A stretch of DNA of 64,000 nucleotides, taken from Octopus sinensis (taxonomy: Eukaryota). This document shows, one piece after another, positions 51,611-63,029 of the stretch; positions within the stretch are counted from its first letter, which is position 1, and each line of letters starts with the position of its first letter. The stretch is taken from the NCBI RefSeq assembly GCF_006345805.1, contig NC_043019.1, positions 17,173,360 through 17,237,359 on the forward strand. Direction: 5' to 3'. A program made the position numbers and the translations under genes. The notes below the pieces were generated by a model that had not been told where the DNA came from, did not search any database, and saw nothing but the letters and a program-made list of their open reading frames with translations.

Positions 51611-51988
51611 TCTTTATATATAAAAGTGTGGTTGTGTGCTGTCTGTCTCCTACGATTTAGATTCCTAACTACTCCCACATTTTGCGGTGCAGTTTAACCA
51701 AAACCGAGTATCTTATAGTCATGATTCATATCGAGCCCTTCTGGGTATTAGCGCGAGTCTACGATTTAAAAAAAAATTTACCATCAATTTTTCCCATTTT
51801 TGGCATATATAAGGGAAGTAACTCTCTAAAAATTTATTATTAAATCTCAGAACGTAAAAAGCTACAGTAACACGCCCCCCCCCCTTGTTGTTAGCCATAT
51901 TGAGATGGCTATTATACTTTACATCTCTAAAAATGCTTATATAGTTATTTCCCTTACAAACCCGAGCAAAGCCGGGCGATACTGCTAG
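51611..51988 (+). mobile_element. Non-autonomous Helitron, copy 2
   Basis: A|TCTTTATATATAAAAG start, CCCGAGCAAAGCCGGG hairpin, CTAG|T end; inverted relative to copy 1. Confidence 0.92.
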
Positions 51989-52029
51989 TATTTGATGAAA
52001 GAAGGGTCAGGAAAGTCACCTACAAAGTC

Positions 52030-52830
52030 AACCAGTTAATAATAGGGAGATGCCATGTCCAATGACTAGTACAGTGCTGTTACAAGGGTGAAGGATATGC
52101 CCTAAAATGAAGCAGTAACAGAAGTTATGAAACTGACGAAGAATCAAGCTATGAGTCACAAATGATTAGGAAGAGAATCCCCTTTGACGAGATGCAATTC
52201 TGCTCTCTTCATAGTGAGACAGCTGCAAGAGAAGTTCCTAGCCAAGAGTAAGGCTCTCTAATTAACACTTGTTCATCTGGAAAAAGACTTTGACGGGATA
52301 CTACGACCTGTAGTCTGGTAGTCCCTAAGTAAACTAGGGATAGACGAACGGCTTGCAAGCAGATACATAATGCAAAGGCATAATGAACAATGTGTTCAGC
52401 GAGGGTTTGGTGTGGAAGGAGGTAGGTGTGCACCAATTGTTGGTGGTTCTTAGCCCTCCCCATTATTTGTAAATTTCCCCAAACCATAACAGAGGAGTTG
52501 AAGACTGATTGTGAAAGGGAACACCTCAGAGGCTGAGGAGGATTTAGAGAAATTCCAGATGCGGAAATAAAACCGAGAATTAAGAGGTTTTAAAGTAAAC
52601 TTGAAAAGACTGCAGTTAACTTGGAAATGGTTGTGCTTGACATGCACTAAAAAATTAAGCAGAAATTTCACGCAGTGTACTCAATATGGGTGCACAGGAG
52701 GAGTGTAGAGGAATCAATAATTGGTTGATGGCAAAAAATACTTTGTTTGTGGTGGATACACAGAAATAGGGAGTAGGTAGAGCACCAGAAAAGTAAACTT
52801 GTTGCAATGTTGTATGAAAATTAAGGGTAA
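52030..52830 (+). mobile_element. Degenerate RTE LINE RT
   Basis: FIVRQLQEKFLAKSK...LEKDFDGI...VW*SLSKLGIDERL. Confidence 0.8.
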
Positions 52831-52902
52831 ATATCATCCCAAGGAAGTGAGGTTTGCAAAATACAACAAAAATAATTTACTGGAAAGAAATGTGAGACTC
52901 AC

Positions 52903-52997
52903 TTGCCAATTTCATCAGGAAAGTTTTTCTCAAGAGCTTGTCTTAATGCTCGATTCAAGAACGCAACATTTACATGAGATTCTAGCTGATGCTGCAT
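52903..52997 (-). CDS. TUBGCP5: GCP5 exon
   Basis: ttttgtag acceptor, GTGAGT donor; 95 nt, phase 0 to 2. MQHQLESHVNVAFLNRALRQALEKNFPDEIG resembles NVSFLNVQLQEAVGQRYPED. Confidence 0.92.
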
Positions 52998-53310
52998 CTA
53001 CAAAAGCAATAAAGTTGATTCAGAAGGTAACTTAATTCTAGTTCACAGGGATTCTGTTGAAGTAACGGTTTCTAATTTCGGTAGGAAGCTGATAATTTTG
53101 AGGGGAAGGGATTAGTCAGTACTGTCAACCCCAGTTCTTGATTAGTATTTTATTTTGTTGACCCCCACCCACAAAGTAAAGTTGACGTTACTAAGATTTT
53201 TACTCAGAATCTCAAGAGCTGGAAGAAATGCTGAAAGACTCCAACCAATCTCCCATCTTGCCACCTGAGGATTTTGTAGAAGATAATAAACCTACAAATG
53301 ATCTTCAGAA

Positions 53311-53418
53311 AGATTTTGGTTACTGAGTTCCTTTCGAGAGTAGGGCCTCATGGAGGTGAGATGGCTGAGTTCCTTTCAAGCAGGCCTCATAGAAATGTGG
53401 TGGCTGAGTTCCTTTGGA
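53311..53418. repeat. Three-unit ~38-bp degenerate tandem repeat
   Basis: CTGAGTTCCTTT recurs three times with related spacers. Confidence 0.75.
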
Positions 53419-55719
53419 GCGTTGGGCATGACCAAGACCTTTGGCATTATGTCATGCTTGAGAAGAAGACTTATCATTGGTATCTGCCACAGTCATGGCA
53501 GATACTGATGTCATGCAAATTGGCATCAGTGCTGGTGGCACGTAAAAGCATTCATTACACTCTTGGAGTGGTTGGCATTAAAAAGGGCATCTAGCCAAAG
53601 AAAACCATACCAAATTAGACTGGATCCTGGCACAGCCTTCCAGCGTGCCAGCCCAGTCAAACATCCAACCCATGCCAACATGGACAATGGATATTAAATG
53701 ATAATGATGATGATATAAGATATGATTTTGACCCTTTAGTACACTGCATTTTTTCTAGAATTATTTTCCCTGTCACTACAGGGAAGAGAACTCATATGAT
53801 GAATTGATGCACCTTCAGTGGGCTAAAGGTTAAGATTACATCAACATAATGTTTTAATAATCAGCTTTCATACTGGAATGGGTTGGATAGGTTTGCAATA
53901 TAACAAGTCATGACTTGTTTTGATTCTTCATCATCTCATCAGTGAAGAGAAACCTCCTGAAGTCTGACTGCACCACTTCATCTGATATCTTCCACTGCTC
54001 ATAAAACATGGTACTGTTTTTTTGTTTTTTTTACCAAGCACCACTGTATTACATGTCAATATTAGTGTAGCTATATCCTACAGTTCTTTTGTGCTTTGCC
54101 TGCTTTGGAAGATAACTTGACACATCCAATGGATCACGTGTGAATTATTTTCAACACACTCCATACATCTTCAGTTCAATTTGTTTATTTCAACCACAAA
54201 ATTACAGTAATTAACAATGTATAAACTGACAAAGGAATGAATAAAATATTTATGGTGGAAAGTTTGTAACGAAGGCCAAAACTGGTGGCAAGGCATCAAA
54301 GACTCCTCCTTACTGTTATAACTAAAACAAAACACTTTAGGAAAATAGTGATTTACAAAGTGGTCGTTTCCCCAAAACAAGAGCTATAAAGGAATTGATA
54401 ATTTGTGTTTTGAAGTGAAATTCTTTTCTAATTGTGCAACATTGCATGGGCTTTATTCACTATTTCTAAGCTTCTTGATAACATTTGAGATGCTATTGGG
54501 AATAATTTTTGCAAGGGATTGCAGCTGGGCCCGAGTTTTTGTGAATGCTGTTTTCATTACACAGACACAGAGGATCCACTTACGCCAGCATCACTTCTGT
54601 GAACCTGCAACTTTCCTTATTAGGAAGAGAAAAAAAAAGGTAAAAAAAAAAAGAAAAACATCTAAAAACTCAACATCATTAATCATTCTTGTCTTCATTA
54701 CCATGGAAACCACATGAAACACTTACCAAACCAAATTATACACTCACTGATGTGAAAAAAAACTATCCTCCCTACAGACATAAATTGATAGAGAGAGTGC
54801 TGGACAAAGCCTTGGTGACATACACTCGAATGAAGATCTTAAGATTTTTCTATTAAAAGTGTAAATCATACAATTGGCAGGTAGTTTCACCAAACTATCT
54901 CTCTTTGAACTTTTATACCCAGGGCTATATTTAAGGATCTCTTTATAGTTAGAGAGTTTACTTGATGATCTACCAGTTGTGTCATCTCATCTGTGAGACT
55001 CAGTAAGGTTTCAAGTTGATAATACTTGCAATTAAAAAGAGAAAAGATCATCTTAGCACATCAATGCTTTGGGGTTGAAAGGAAACTAAATTATGGAAGA
55101 CCAGACATTTTAAATTCTTTGAGTAGTAATCCCATATTTTCTGTTTCTATGTTCCACAACAATGCTTTCATTTGCATATTTCATATTCCTAAATATATAC
55201 ATTCTACATTCTCTTGATCAATGTCAAACTCAGAGTTGCAGAGACTGTAGCAACAACATTGAAATTGTGTCTTAAAATAAAAGTTCAGTGTTTGAACTGA
55301 TAGCATATAAGACCAGGGTGGACTGATCAAACAATCTAGAATACAAAAACAAAGATGAGAAACACAGAATATTGTTTAATTTCATCTTTGAAATACGTGC
55401 TAGGCTCACTTTCAATTTCAAATCAAATTTACGTTTGTTCGTATTAATTTTCATTTAGTATTGTAAATAAGTTAAAGGTTTTGGTACAGGTTCTGAAATA
55501 GATAAATATCTTAAGAAATATAGATTATTCTAGGGATATATTCTTAAGAATTAAATACTAAAGGATATTAAAAGAAAGACAATGAACATTTTACCATAAA
55601 GATAAAGCCATGGATAGTGAGAATGAAACAAAAAAAACCCCACTGTTTTGAAGAAATAGCTTTTGAAGAGAATTTTAAGTAGGAGAAAAATTAAATCCTT
55701 ATTGAATTTATTTACTTAC

Positions 55720-55782
55720 ACTATAAAATAGCTTTGTATAAAATTCAAACATTGTTTCTCCAGCTTCCATTAGAAAGAAATT
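55720..55782 (-). CDS. TUBGCP5: GCP5 exon
   Basis: tttcag acceptor, GTAAGT donor; 63 nt, phase 0 to 0. NFFLMEAGETMFEFYTKLFYS resembles GCP5 NFFLMEGGDTMYDFYTSIF. Too short for the ORF track. Confidence 0.95.
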
Positions 55783-56115
55783 CTGAAATATTAATAAAAG
55801 AATGATGAAAAGAAAGAAACTTTTATTTCAACAATAACACATTCATTTGACAATATCCTATTTCCATTTAGGGCAAAGATCTGTCTCCTTTCGGCAATGA
55901 TCAACTAGTTGTTGGACCAAGATGTCTTTTCCAAGACATTTAAGGTTTGTTGATAGTTTCATTTTCATGAAGTACCTCCACAAAGCATTGTACTCTGAGA
56001 ACAACTGTCAATTCACTTGAGGTGGTTTTAACCATTGAAAAAATCTGCAGGAAACCCCCATCAACCTCAACAACTTTGCCATCAAATAATTGGTACATTT
56101 TTTCAACATTATGTT

Positions 56116-56285
56116 GCAGGAGTGGCTGTGTGGTAAGTAGCTTGCTAACCAACCACATGGTTCCGGGTTCAGTCCCACTGCGTGGCATCTTGGGCAAGTG
56201 TCTTCTGCTATAGCCCTGGCCAACCAATGCCTTGTGAGTGGATTTGGTAGATGGAAACTGAAAGAAGCCTATCGTATATATGTAT

Positions 56286-56325
<40 letters not shown>

Positions 56326-56480
56326 TTACGTTCCCGTCACTTAGCGGTTCGGCAAAAGAGACCGATAGAATAAGTACTGGGCTTACAAAGAATAAGTCCC
56401 GGGGTCGATTTGCTCGACTAAAGGTGGTGCTCCAGCATGGCCGCAGTCAAATGACTGAAACAAGTAAAAGAGTAAAGAGA
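56116..56480 (+). mobile_element. SINE family A (internal deletion)
   Basis: Consensus head and tail present. Confidence 0.9.
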
Positions 56481-57349
56481 GTATGTCTTGAGAACACACA
56501 CACACACACACATCCATATATTTCTATACTAATGTATGTATATGAATATATCCTAGGTGGAATAATTACTTCGGAGTGTTCCAGTGATAAGTGTCATCTT
56601 TGATATCCTCCCATCTGTCTTCCATTCATCTTCCCATCACTTATGCTCCCTCCACTCATGTAGTTAGGAATGGTACTGGGTCTGTTGGCCCTTTCAGCTG
56701 ACACCCTTCCTCCATATCACACATGTAGCAAGGGATGATTAATACTGGAACTGTGTGTATTCCACCACCCACTTCCCCCTACCTCTCACTCTGATCAAGA
56801 CGTATGAAAGAATATTACATTAGTTTGTATCTGATAAACTCTACCCTTCCTTTGCTGCTAGCCATCACCCCACCCCTCAGGCCATCTGTCACTGACACCC
56901 ATCACTCTCTCTTACCATTACCTACCTCTTACACCATCAACATGTTGTTGCCATTAATAGCCTTCCATTACCCCACCCTCCCCAGCACTGTCACACTTCC
57001 ATCAACCCACCCTCACTCCAACCCCTCTCATTTTATCATCATACCCTTGATCCTTTCACCCACTCACTCTGGCCCCACTATCATAGTTCTGTTTTCAATT
57101 CATTCCCCCTTGCTCACACTGAACAGAAACACCACATGGCCGAGAGGGCTCTTTAGTCTTGTCGAGGACACAATAACCTCTCTAATGCTGGCATCATGTT
57201 AATACACACATTATAAAATAATGTTAGTGTTAGGGAGGGCATTCAGTCATTGCAACCATACCAAATTGCAATGCACAAGTGTAAGGTGGTCCACTGACCC
57301 ATCTGCCCTGGTAGTAACTCTGAACAAGAATGCATATCAAAATAGAAAG

Positions 57350-57560
57350 CAACGTGTTGAAATAAAATAAGTCAAAAATGGAGTGGAATGAACGATGTTG
57401 AATGATGTGGTCTCAGAATACCGAAAGCACAAGTTCCACTGGGCTAGACATGTTGCAAGGTCTACAGACAACAGATTGACCTGTGCAGATGCTGAGTGGT
57501 AGCCAAGGGATTGGAAAAGGACAGTCAGAAGGCCTCTACGGTGATGGGAAGATGATTCAG
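57350..57560 (+). mobile_element. LINE 3' fragment (RTE-like)
   Basis: KFHWARHVARSTDNRLT...W*PRDWKR...WEDD. Confidence 0.75.
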
Positions 57561-57689
57561 TTAAACCCTTTAGCATTTAAACTGGCCATATCCGGCCCTA
57601 ATATTTTGTCTGTGTTATGATCAAAATGACCAGATCCAGCCTCTCATACCTACCTTACAATGTCATTCTAAACGATGTGAATATAAATC

Positions 57690-58298
57690 AAAATCAAACC
57701 AAATCAAATCATATCAGAAAGCAGAACCAAAATCGAAGTCGATCAACATCAATGGAAATTGCAGCTGTGATACCAGTGCCAGTGACAAGTAAGCGAACCA
57801 TCCGATCGTGGCTGTTGCCAGCGCTGCCCCGACTGGCCTCTGTGCCGGTGGCATGTAAAAAGGACCATCCGTTTGTGGCCGTTGCCAGCCTCGCCTGGCG
57901 CCCGTGCCGGTGGCATGTAAAAAGCACCATCCAATCGTGGCCGTTGCCAGCCCCGCCTGGCCCCCGTGCCGGTGGCACGGAAAATGCACCATCTGATCAT
58001 GGCCGTGGCCAGCCTCGCCTGGCCCCCATGCTGGTGGAACGTAAAAAGCACCATCCGTCCGTGGCCGTTTGCCAGCCCCGTCTGGCACCTGTGCGGGTGG
58101 CACGTAAAAAGCACCCACTACACTCACGGAGTGGTTGGCGTTAGGAAGGGCATCCAGCCGTAGAAACACTGCCAGATCTGACTGGGCCTGATGCAGCCTT
58201 CTGGCTTCACAGACCCCAGTTGAACCATCCAACCCATGTCTTATGAAAGAATATTACATGGAAAGCGGACGCTAAATGATGATGATGATGATGATGAT
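57690..58298 (+). mobile_element. Family C retroposon with an expanded internal minisatellite
   Basis: About six units of ~58 bp (GGTGGCACGTAAAAAGCACCATCC..CGTGGCCGTTGCCAGCC), conserved core, (GAT)n tail. Confidence 0.88.
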
Positions 58299-58566
58299 TA
58301 CATTTTACAAAATAATCTGAAGGTTAAAGGGTTAAAGGATTTGGGCCAAGGTGGAAAAGAAGGGTGCGATCAAGAAAGAATTACAAACGTATTCTGACCA
58401 ACAGTGTATAAAACCATCCAATAGTCTGGATGATACAGGCAGCAGAGGTCATAAGTTCTGAATTAAATAAGTGACAAAAATATAAATTTTTGTCTTTGAA
58501 CCCCCCCCCCGCCCCACAAAAAAAGCACCCTTTCAAAAATGAAAACTTGAAGAATTCTTAACTTAC

Positions 58567-58732
58567 CCTCATAGCTGTTAAGTAATCCCAGACATGATGG
58601 TCAGTGATTATGGATTGTACAACTTGTCGGCATATCCATAAACACTTATCTCTGATGAGAGGATACAGACAGTGTTCCATAACATGTTCGATTGGCTGAA
58701 TCGATTTCCAGCTGGACATCAGGCATTTGGTT
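58567..58732 (-). CDS. TUBGCP5: GCP5 exon (start of C-terminal GRIP2/Spc97-98 region)
   Basis: AG acceptor, GTAAGT donor; 166 nt, phase 2 to 0. HCLYPLIRDKCLWICRQVVQSIITDHHVWDYLTAMR resembles GCP5 CLYPHIDKQY...VEYLQAMR. Confidence 0.93.
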
Positions 58733-58778
58733 CTAATTAAACAAAACACAATAAAGATATAAGGAGAAAAACAAATTC

Positions 58779-58779
<1 letters not shown>

Positions 58780-58812
<33 letters not shown>
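58780..58812. repeat. (TCAA)n microsatellite
   Basis: About eight units. The window also has many (TA)n, (CA)n, (CAT)n, (AAT)n and (CAA)n tracts not listed individually. Confidence 0.95.
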
Positions 58813-58949
58813 TACACTCATATATATTTATGTATGTCACCTATATAGTAGATTTATAAACTGGACAAATTTGGCTATTTCTCCGTAGATTGAAAAAATG
58901 GAAAAAGCCTTAATTAATGTTCTCATCAGAGGTCTGTATGTAAATTTGA

Positions 58950-59313
58950 TTATCATCATCATCGTTTAACGTCCGTTTTCCATGCCAACATGGGTTGGAC
59001 GGTTCAACTGGGATCTGGGAAGCCAGAAGGCTGCGCCAGGTCCAGTCTGATCTGGCAGTGTTTCTACAGCTGGATGCCCTTCCCAACGCCAACCACTCCG
59101 TGAGTGAAGTGGGTGCTTTTTACATGCCACCTGCACGGGGACCAGACGAGGCTGGCAAACAGCCATGATTGGATGGTGCTATTTACGTGCCACCAGCACG
59201 GAAGCCAGTCGGGGCAGCGCTGGCAACAGCCACGTTCGGATGGTTCTCTTACGTGCCACCGGCACTGGTATCACAGCTACAATTTCCATTGATGTTGATC
59301 GATTTTGATTTTC
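58950..59313 (-). mobile_element. Family C retroposon
   Basis: Reverse-oriented homologue of 57690-58298 with fewer internal units. Confidence 0.88.
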
Positions 59314-59394
59314 GATCAATCTTATGTATATTTATATATATAATTGCTTTAAATGTGTGTGTGTGTGCAAATATATATATGTACAGATACACAT

Positions 59395-59820
59395 GCCAAT
59401 CAGCTGAGAAATTCATGATGAATGCTTTTGGGGATGGCAATGGTATTGCTCTCCTTCAATTTCTGGAATGTGGTTGTACAGTGAACACTGAGACACTTAA
59501 AAAGCTTAGAGAATCCATGGGGAGGAAGAGACCAAAGAAGGATCAGGAAACAATCCACATTCACCATGACAACGTGAGACCACACACATCTTTGGTAACT
59601 AATGATGTAGCCAGAAAATCTGATTGGTCAGTGGTCTCCATCCACTACACAGTCCCGATCTGGCACCCTCTGATTTCCGCCTGTTCAGTCCAATGAAGTA
59701 CAATCTTTGAGGACAACAATTTTATGAGACAGATGAGGTGAAGGGAGTACAATAGAGGACATCTGGAATTTTTCAAAGAGGATTCAAGAATCAGGTTCAA
59801 TAATTTTGTCCAGCATTTTG
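59395..59820 (+). mobile_element. Degenerate mariner transposase fragment
   Basis: HHDNVRPHTS and a frameshifted (Y)SPDLAPSDF.LF.PMK, the mariner DD34D motifs. Confidence 0.88.
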
Positions 59821-59893
59821 CCTGGTCTGCTAACAATTCTGCCAGCACTGTCTTAGGAATTTGTCACTTGAAATCCAGGTTTTTCAGGTTTAA

Positions 59894-60114
59894 CCCTTTT
59901 GCTACCAACTCAGCTGTAACTGCCTCTGGCTCTGTAGTACAAATGTCTTGTTTCCATAAGTTTTGAATTAAAATCTTCCACCAAACCTTAGTCACAATTT
60001 ATGTTCCTAACACTAGCTTAAAGATAACTAAGTTTTTTTACTAAATTCTTTGTTATATTTAAAATAATTGAAAGAAACACAGAACATCTCAAAATAAATA
60101 CAGTAACAAAAGGG
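59894..60114. mobile_element. piggyBac-type MITE, family 1
   Basis: TTAA|CCCTTT...AAAGGG|TTAA; homologous to 10973-11193. Confidence 0.92.
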
Positions 60115-60655
60115 TTAATACAGAAGGATAGAAACCCACTGGATCAAACTGGGTGAATCTGTAAAAGACTTTGTTCTCATTACAATGGAACCATTTGATA
60201 ATGGTAGGGCTGCAGTTCAACTGGATTAACCCAGGAGCCCTTACCTATGACAAAGAATTATTAAAATATTTAGGATGAAGATCATATCTTCCCTTGTAAT
60301 TTAATTCTAACTGGTTCCCATGCTGGTGGCACGTAAAAAGCACCATTCAAGTGTTGCCAATGCCAGTGGCATGTAAAAAGCACCGTTCAAGCATGGTTGA
60401 TGCCAGTACTGCCTCACTGGCCCTCGCGCCGGTGACACGTAAGAAGTACCCACTACACTCTCGGAGTGGTTGGTTTTAGGGAGGCCATCCAGCTGTAAAA
60501 ACATTGCCAGATCTGATTGGAGCCTGGTGCAGCCTTCTGGCTTGCCAGCCCTCAGTCAAACTGTCGAACCCATGCCAGCATGGAAAGCGGACGTTAAACG
60601 ATGACAATGATGATAAACAACCATGTTGACTTCAAAGCAATACTCTTTTACTTAC

Positions 60656-60899
60656 GTCTCTCTTACATCAAACTGAGGTGAAGAAGTTTTAAGCCCCTTT
60701 TTGAAAAGAGAATCCAGATTTATTTGTAGTAAAGGGTTGCACTGATCATCCAATACCTTCTTGATGGGAAATTCTAAATGAATAGTATCATTGGTATTAA
60801 TTAAAGGAAGGACATCTTGACTGCCACAATTTGATTCTTTATCAAGATAGTCGTTAAGACAGGTGAGAAACATTTCAAACAATGACTTGGAATTCTGAT
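60656..60899 (-). CDS. TUBGCP5: GCP5 exon
   Basis: tttttttcag acceptor, GTAAGT donor; 244 nt, phase 1 to 2. KSLFEMFL...DDQCNPLLQINL resembles GCP5 KSLYTLFL...DVHDPLLAINF. Confidence 0.92.
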
Positions 60900-61148
60900 C
60901 TGAAAAAAGAAAAAAAAAGTCATTTAGTCTTTCAACATATTAGAAATACTAAAATATTTTCATTGCTTTGCTTTAAACAAACAAAAACTCTACAAGAAAA
61001 GATAAATTGTAACAATTATGAAATTAAAATTTAGCAGGTAGGAATTGAAAATAAAATGTAACAACCAAAGTGAAAATGAATTATTACACAAAAAATGATC
61101 AGTAAACATTGTCCTTCCATTTTAACAAAGAGAAATAAATTTTAAAAC

Positions 61149-61549
61149 TTTACTCTTTACTCTTTTTACTTGTTTCAGTCATTTGACTGCGGCCATGCTG
61201 GAGCACCGCCTTTAGTCGAGCAAATCGACCCCGGGACTTATTCTTTGTAAGCCCAGTACTTATTCTATCAGTCTCTTTTGCCGAACCGCTAAGTGACGGG
61301 GACGTAAACACACCAGCATCGGTTGTCAAGCAATGCTAGGGGAACAAACACAGGGGAACACACACTTATATATATATACATATATATACGACAGGCTTCT
61401 TTCATTTTCCGTCTACCAAATTCACTCACAAGGTATTGGTCGGCCCGGGGCTATAGCAGAAGACACTTGCCCAAGATGCCATGCAGTGGGACTGAACCCG
61501 GAACCATGTGGTTGGTTAGCAAGCTACTTACCAAACAGCCACTCCTGCA
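61149..61549 (-). mobile_element. SINE family A
   Basis: Full-length copy. Confidence 0.92.
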
Positions 61550-62002
61550 CCTATATATTTTTTTTTTACATCTGACATTATTCGTTACTGATTTCTAACC
61601 ATTTAGAATAAACATTTACTAATTTTTAATGAGTTTTAATCAACTTTAGAACCACATATCTTATTAAAGAAAGGAGCAGATTGGTGGAACTAGTAAAGGG
61701 GTGAACAAAATGTATCATGTCTGTATTTAGATCCCTTTATGTTCTGAGTTGAAATATTGCTGAGGGCAAATATCTCCCTTCCTCCTTTAGAGGTTGATAA
61801 AATAAGTAGGATTTTTATGCTCTGCAGTTGGTTCAGTCAGCCACAGCCCTCGCCTTGTGTCAATTTGAGAAACCAGTATTTTATTCAAAGTATTTTCCCC
61901 ATTTCTTGCATAGGAGGAATTAATCCCTTCGAGACCATCCCTCAAATGAAATTCACTGTCCATGTGGTTCAATTATGAATTTGGAAAACAGAGAAAATAC
62001 AT

Positions 62003-62300
62003 AGCTTAGTGGTTAGGGGTTTCAGCTCACAATCACAAGGTCGTGAGTTCAATTCCTGGTGGCATGTTGTGTCCTTGAGCAAGACACTTTATTTCACGTT
62101 GCTTCAGTTTACTCAGCTGACAAAAATGAGTTGTACCTTGTATTTCAAAGGACCAGACTTGTCACATTCAGTCTGACACTAAATCTCCTTAAGAACTACA
62201 TTAAGCATGTCTGTGGAGTACTCAGCCACTTGCACATTAATTTCACAAGCAGGCTGTTCTATTGATTGGATCAACTAGAACACTCATTGTAACTGACAGA
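62003..62300 (+). mobile_element. SINE (family B head, distinct 3' body)
   Basis: GCTTAGTGG A-box and GTTCAATTCC B-box; 62072-62247 forms one arm of the inverted repeat. Confidence 0.85.
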
Positions 62301-62533
62301 GTGCCAGATTTTTTTTAATTTGGAAAATGATAAAATAAATTGAAGGATTTTGTCAAGTAACTTACTTTTTCATTATCAAGTTGGTGTGGGAACATAACTT
62401 AGCAAAAAGTTCTTTCACAGAATTATAATAGGTTCCATTTTACGCAAAGACACTTTAAAATGATGGGTTTAAATGATGTACTTTCATGTGGACTGGTATG
62501 AAAATGTGAAAAGAACTGGAACCACAGACTTAC

Positions 62534-62808
62534 ATTGTAAAGGATTTTGTTTGATTAACAAAGTATTCAAACAGTCAAGGGTGTTGAAAACATCCATTGA
62601 TTTTCCTGCTCTGATAATTGGTTCTAGAATAGTGTTCAAGAAATGGGGTGTCCAGTCATGAATGACATAAGCAACCTCACTGAAGGAACTCGTAGCATCA
62701 TCTTTAACTTCGCTCTCAGGAACAGGACTCTGTGAGTTAGTATTAGAAAATTTTATGACAAGTGACTGTTCCCAGGATGTTTCATCAAGGGTCAACGGTA
62801 TTTGACTT
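62534..62808 (-). CDS. TUBGCP5: Gamma-tubulin complex component 5, internal exon (most 5' one in window)
   Basis: Long polypyrimidine acceptor (ttctctttttctttctag) and GTAAGT donor; 275 nt, phase 2 to 1. Encodes ...FLNTILEPIIRAGKSMDVF..., matching my recall of GCP5 FLKPVLKQIIMAGKSMQLL. Confidence 0.93.
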
Positions 62809-62853
62809 CTAGAAAGAAAAAGAGAAAAACAGAGAAATCAGTGTATTTTTAAG

Positions 62854-63029
62854 TGTGAAATTAATGTGCAAGTGGCTGAGTACTCCACAGACATGCTTAA
62901 TGTAGTTCTTAAGGAGATTTAGTGTCAGACTGAATGTGACAAGTCTGGTCCTTTGAAATACAAGGTACAACTCATTTTTGTCAGATGAGTAAACTGAAGC
63001 AACATGAAATAAAGTGTCTTGCTCAAGGA
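62854..63029 (-). repeat. 176-bp inverted copy of 62072-62247
   Basis: My base-by-base comparison shows 2 mismatches in 176 nt. Confidence 0.95.

Noticed and set aside
54585-54616. Micro-exon candidate (KLQVHRSDAG) in TUBGCP5
   Set aside because: The GCP5 chain is complete and phase-consistent without it, and it has no matching position in the protein.
55860-56110. Merlin-like transposase hint (GKVVEVDG)
   Set aside because: A single short motif with no TIRs or further DDE residues is insufficient support.
57770-58110. CRISPR-like repeat array
   Set aside because: The spacers are homologous to each other, the units are degenerate, the array sits inside a dispersed eukaryotic retroposon, and there are no cas genes.
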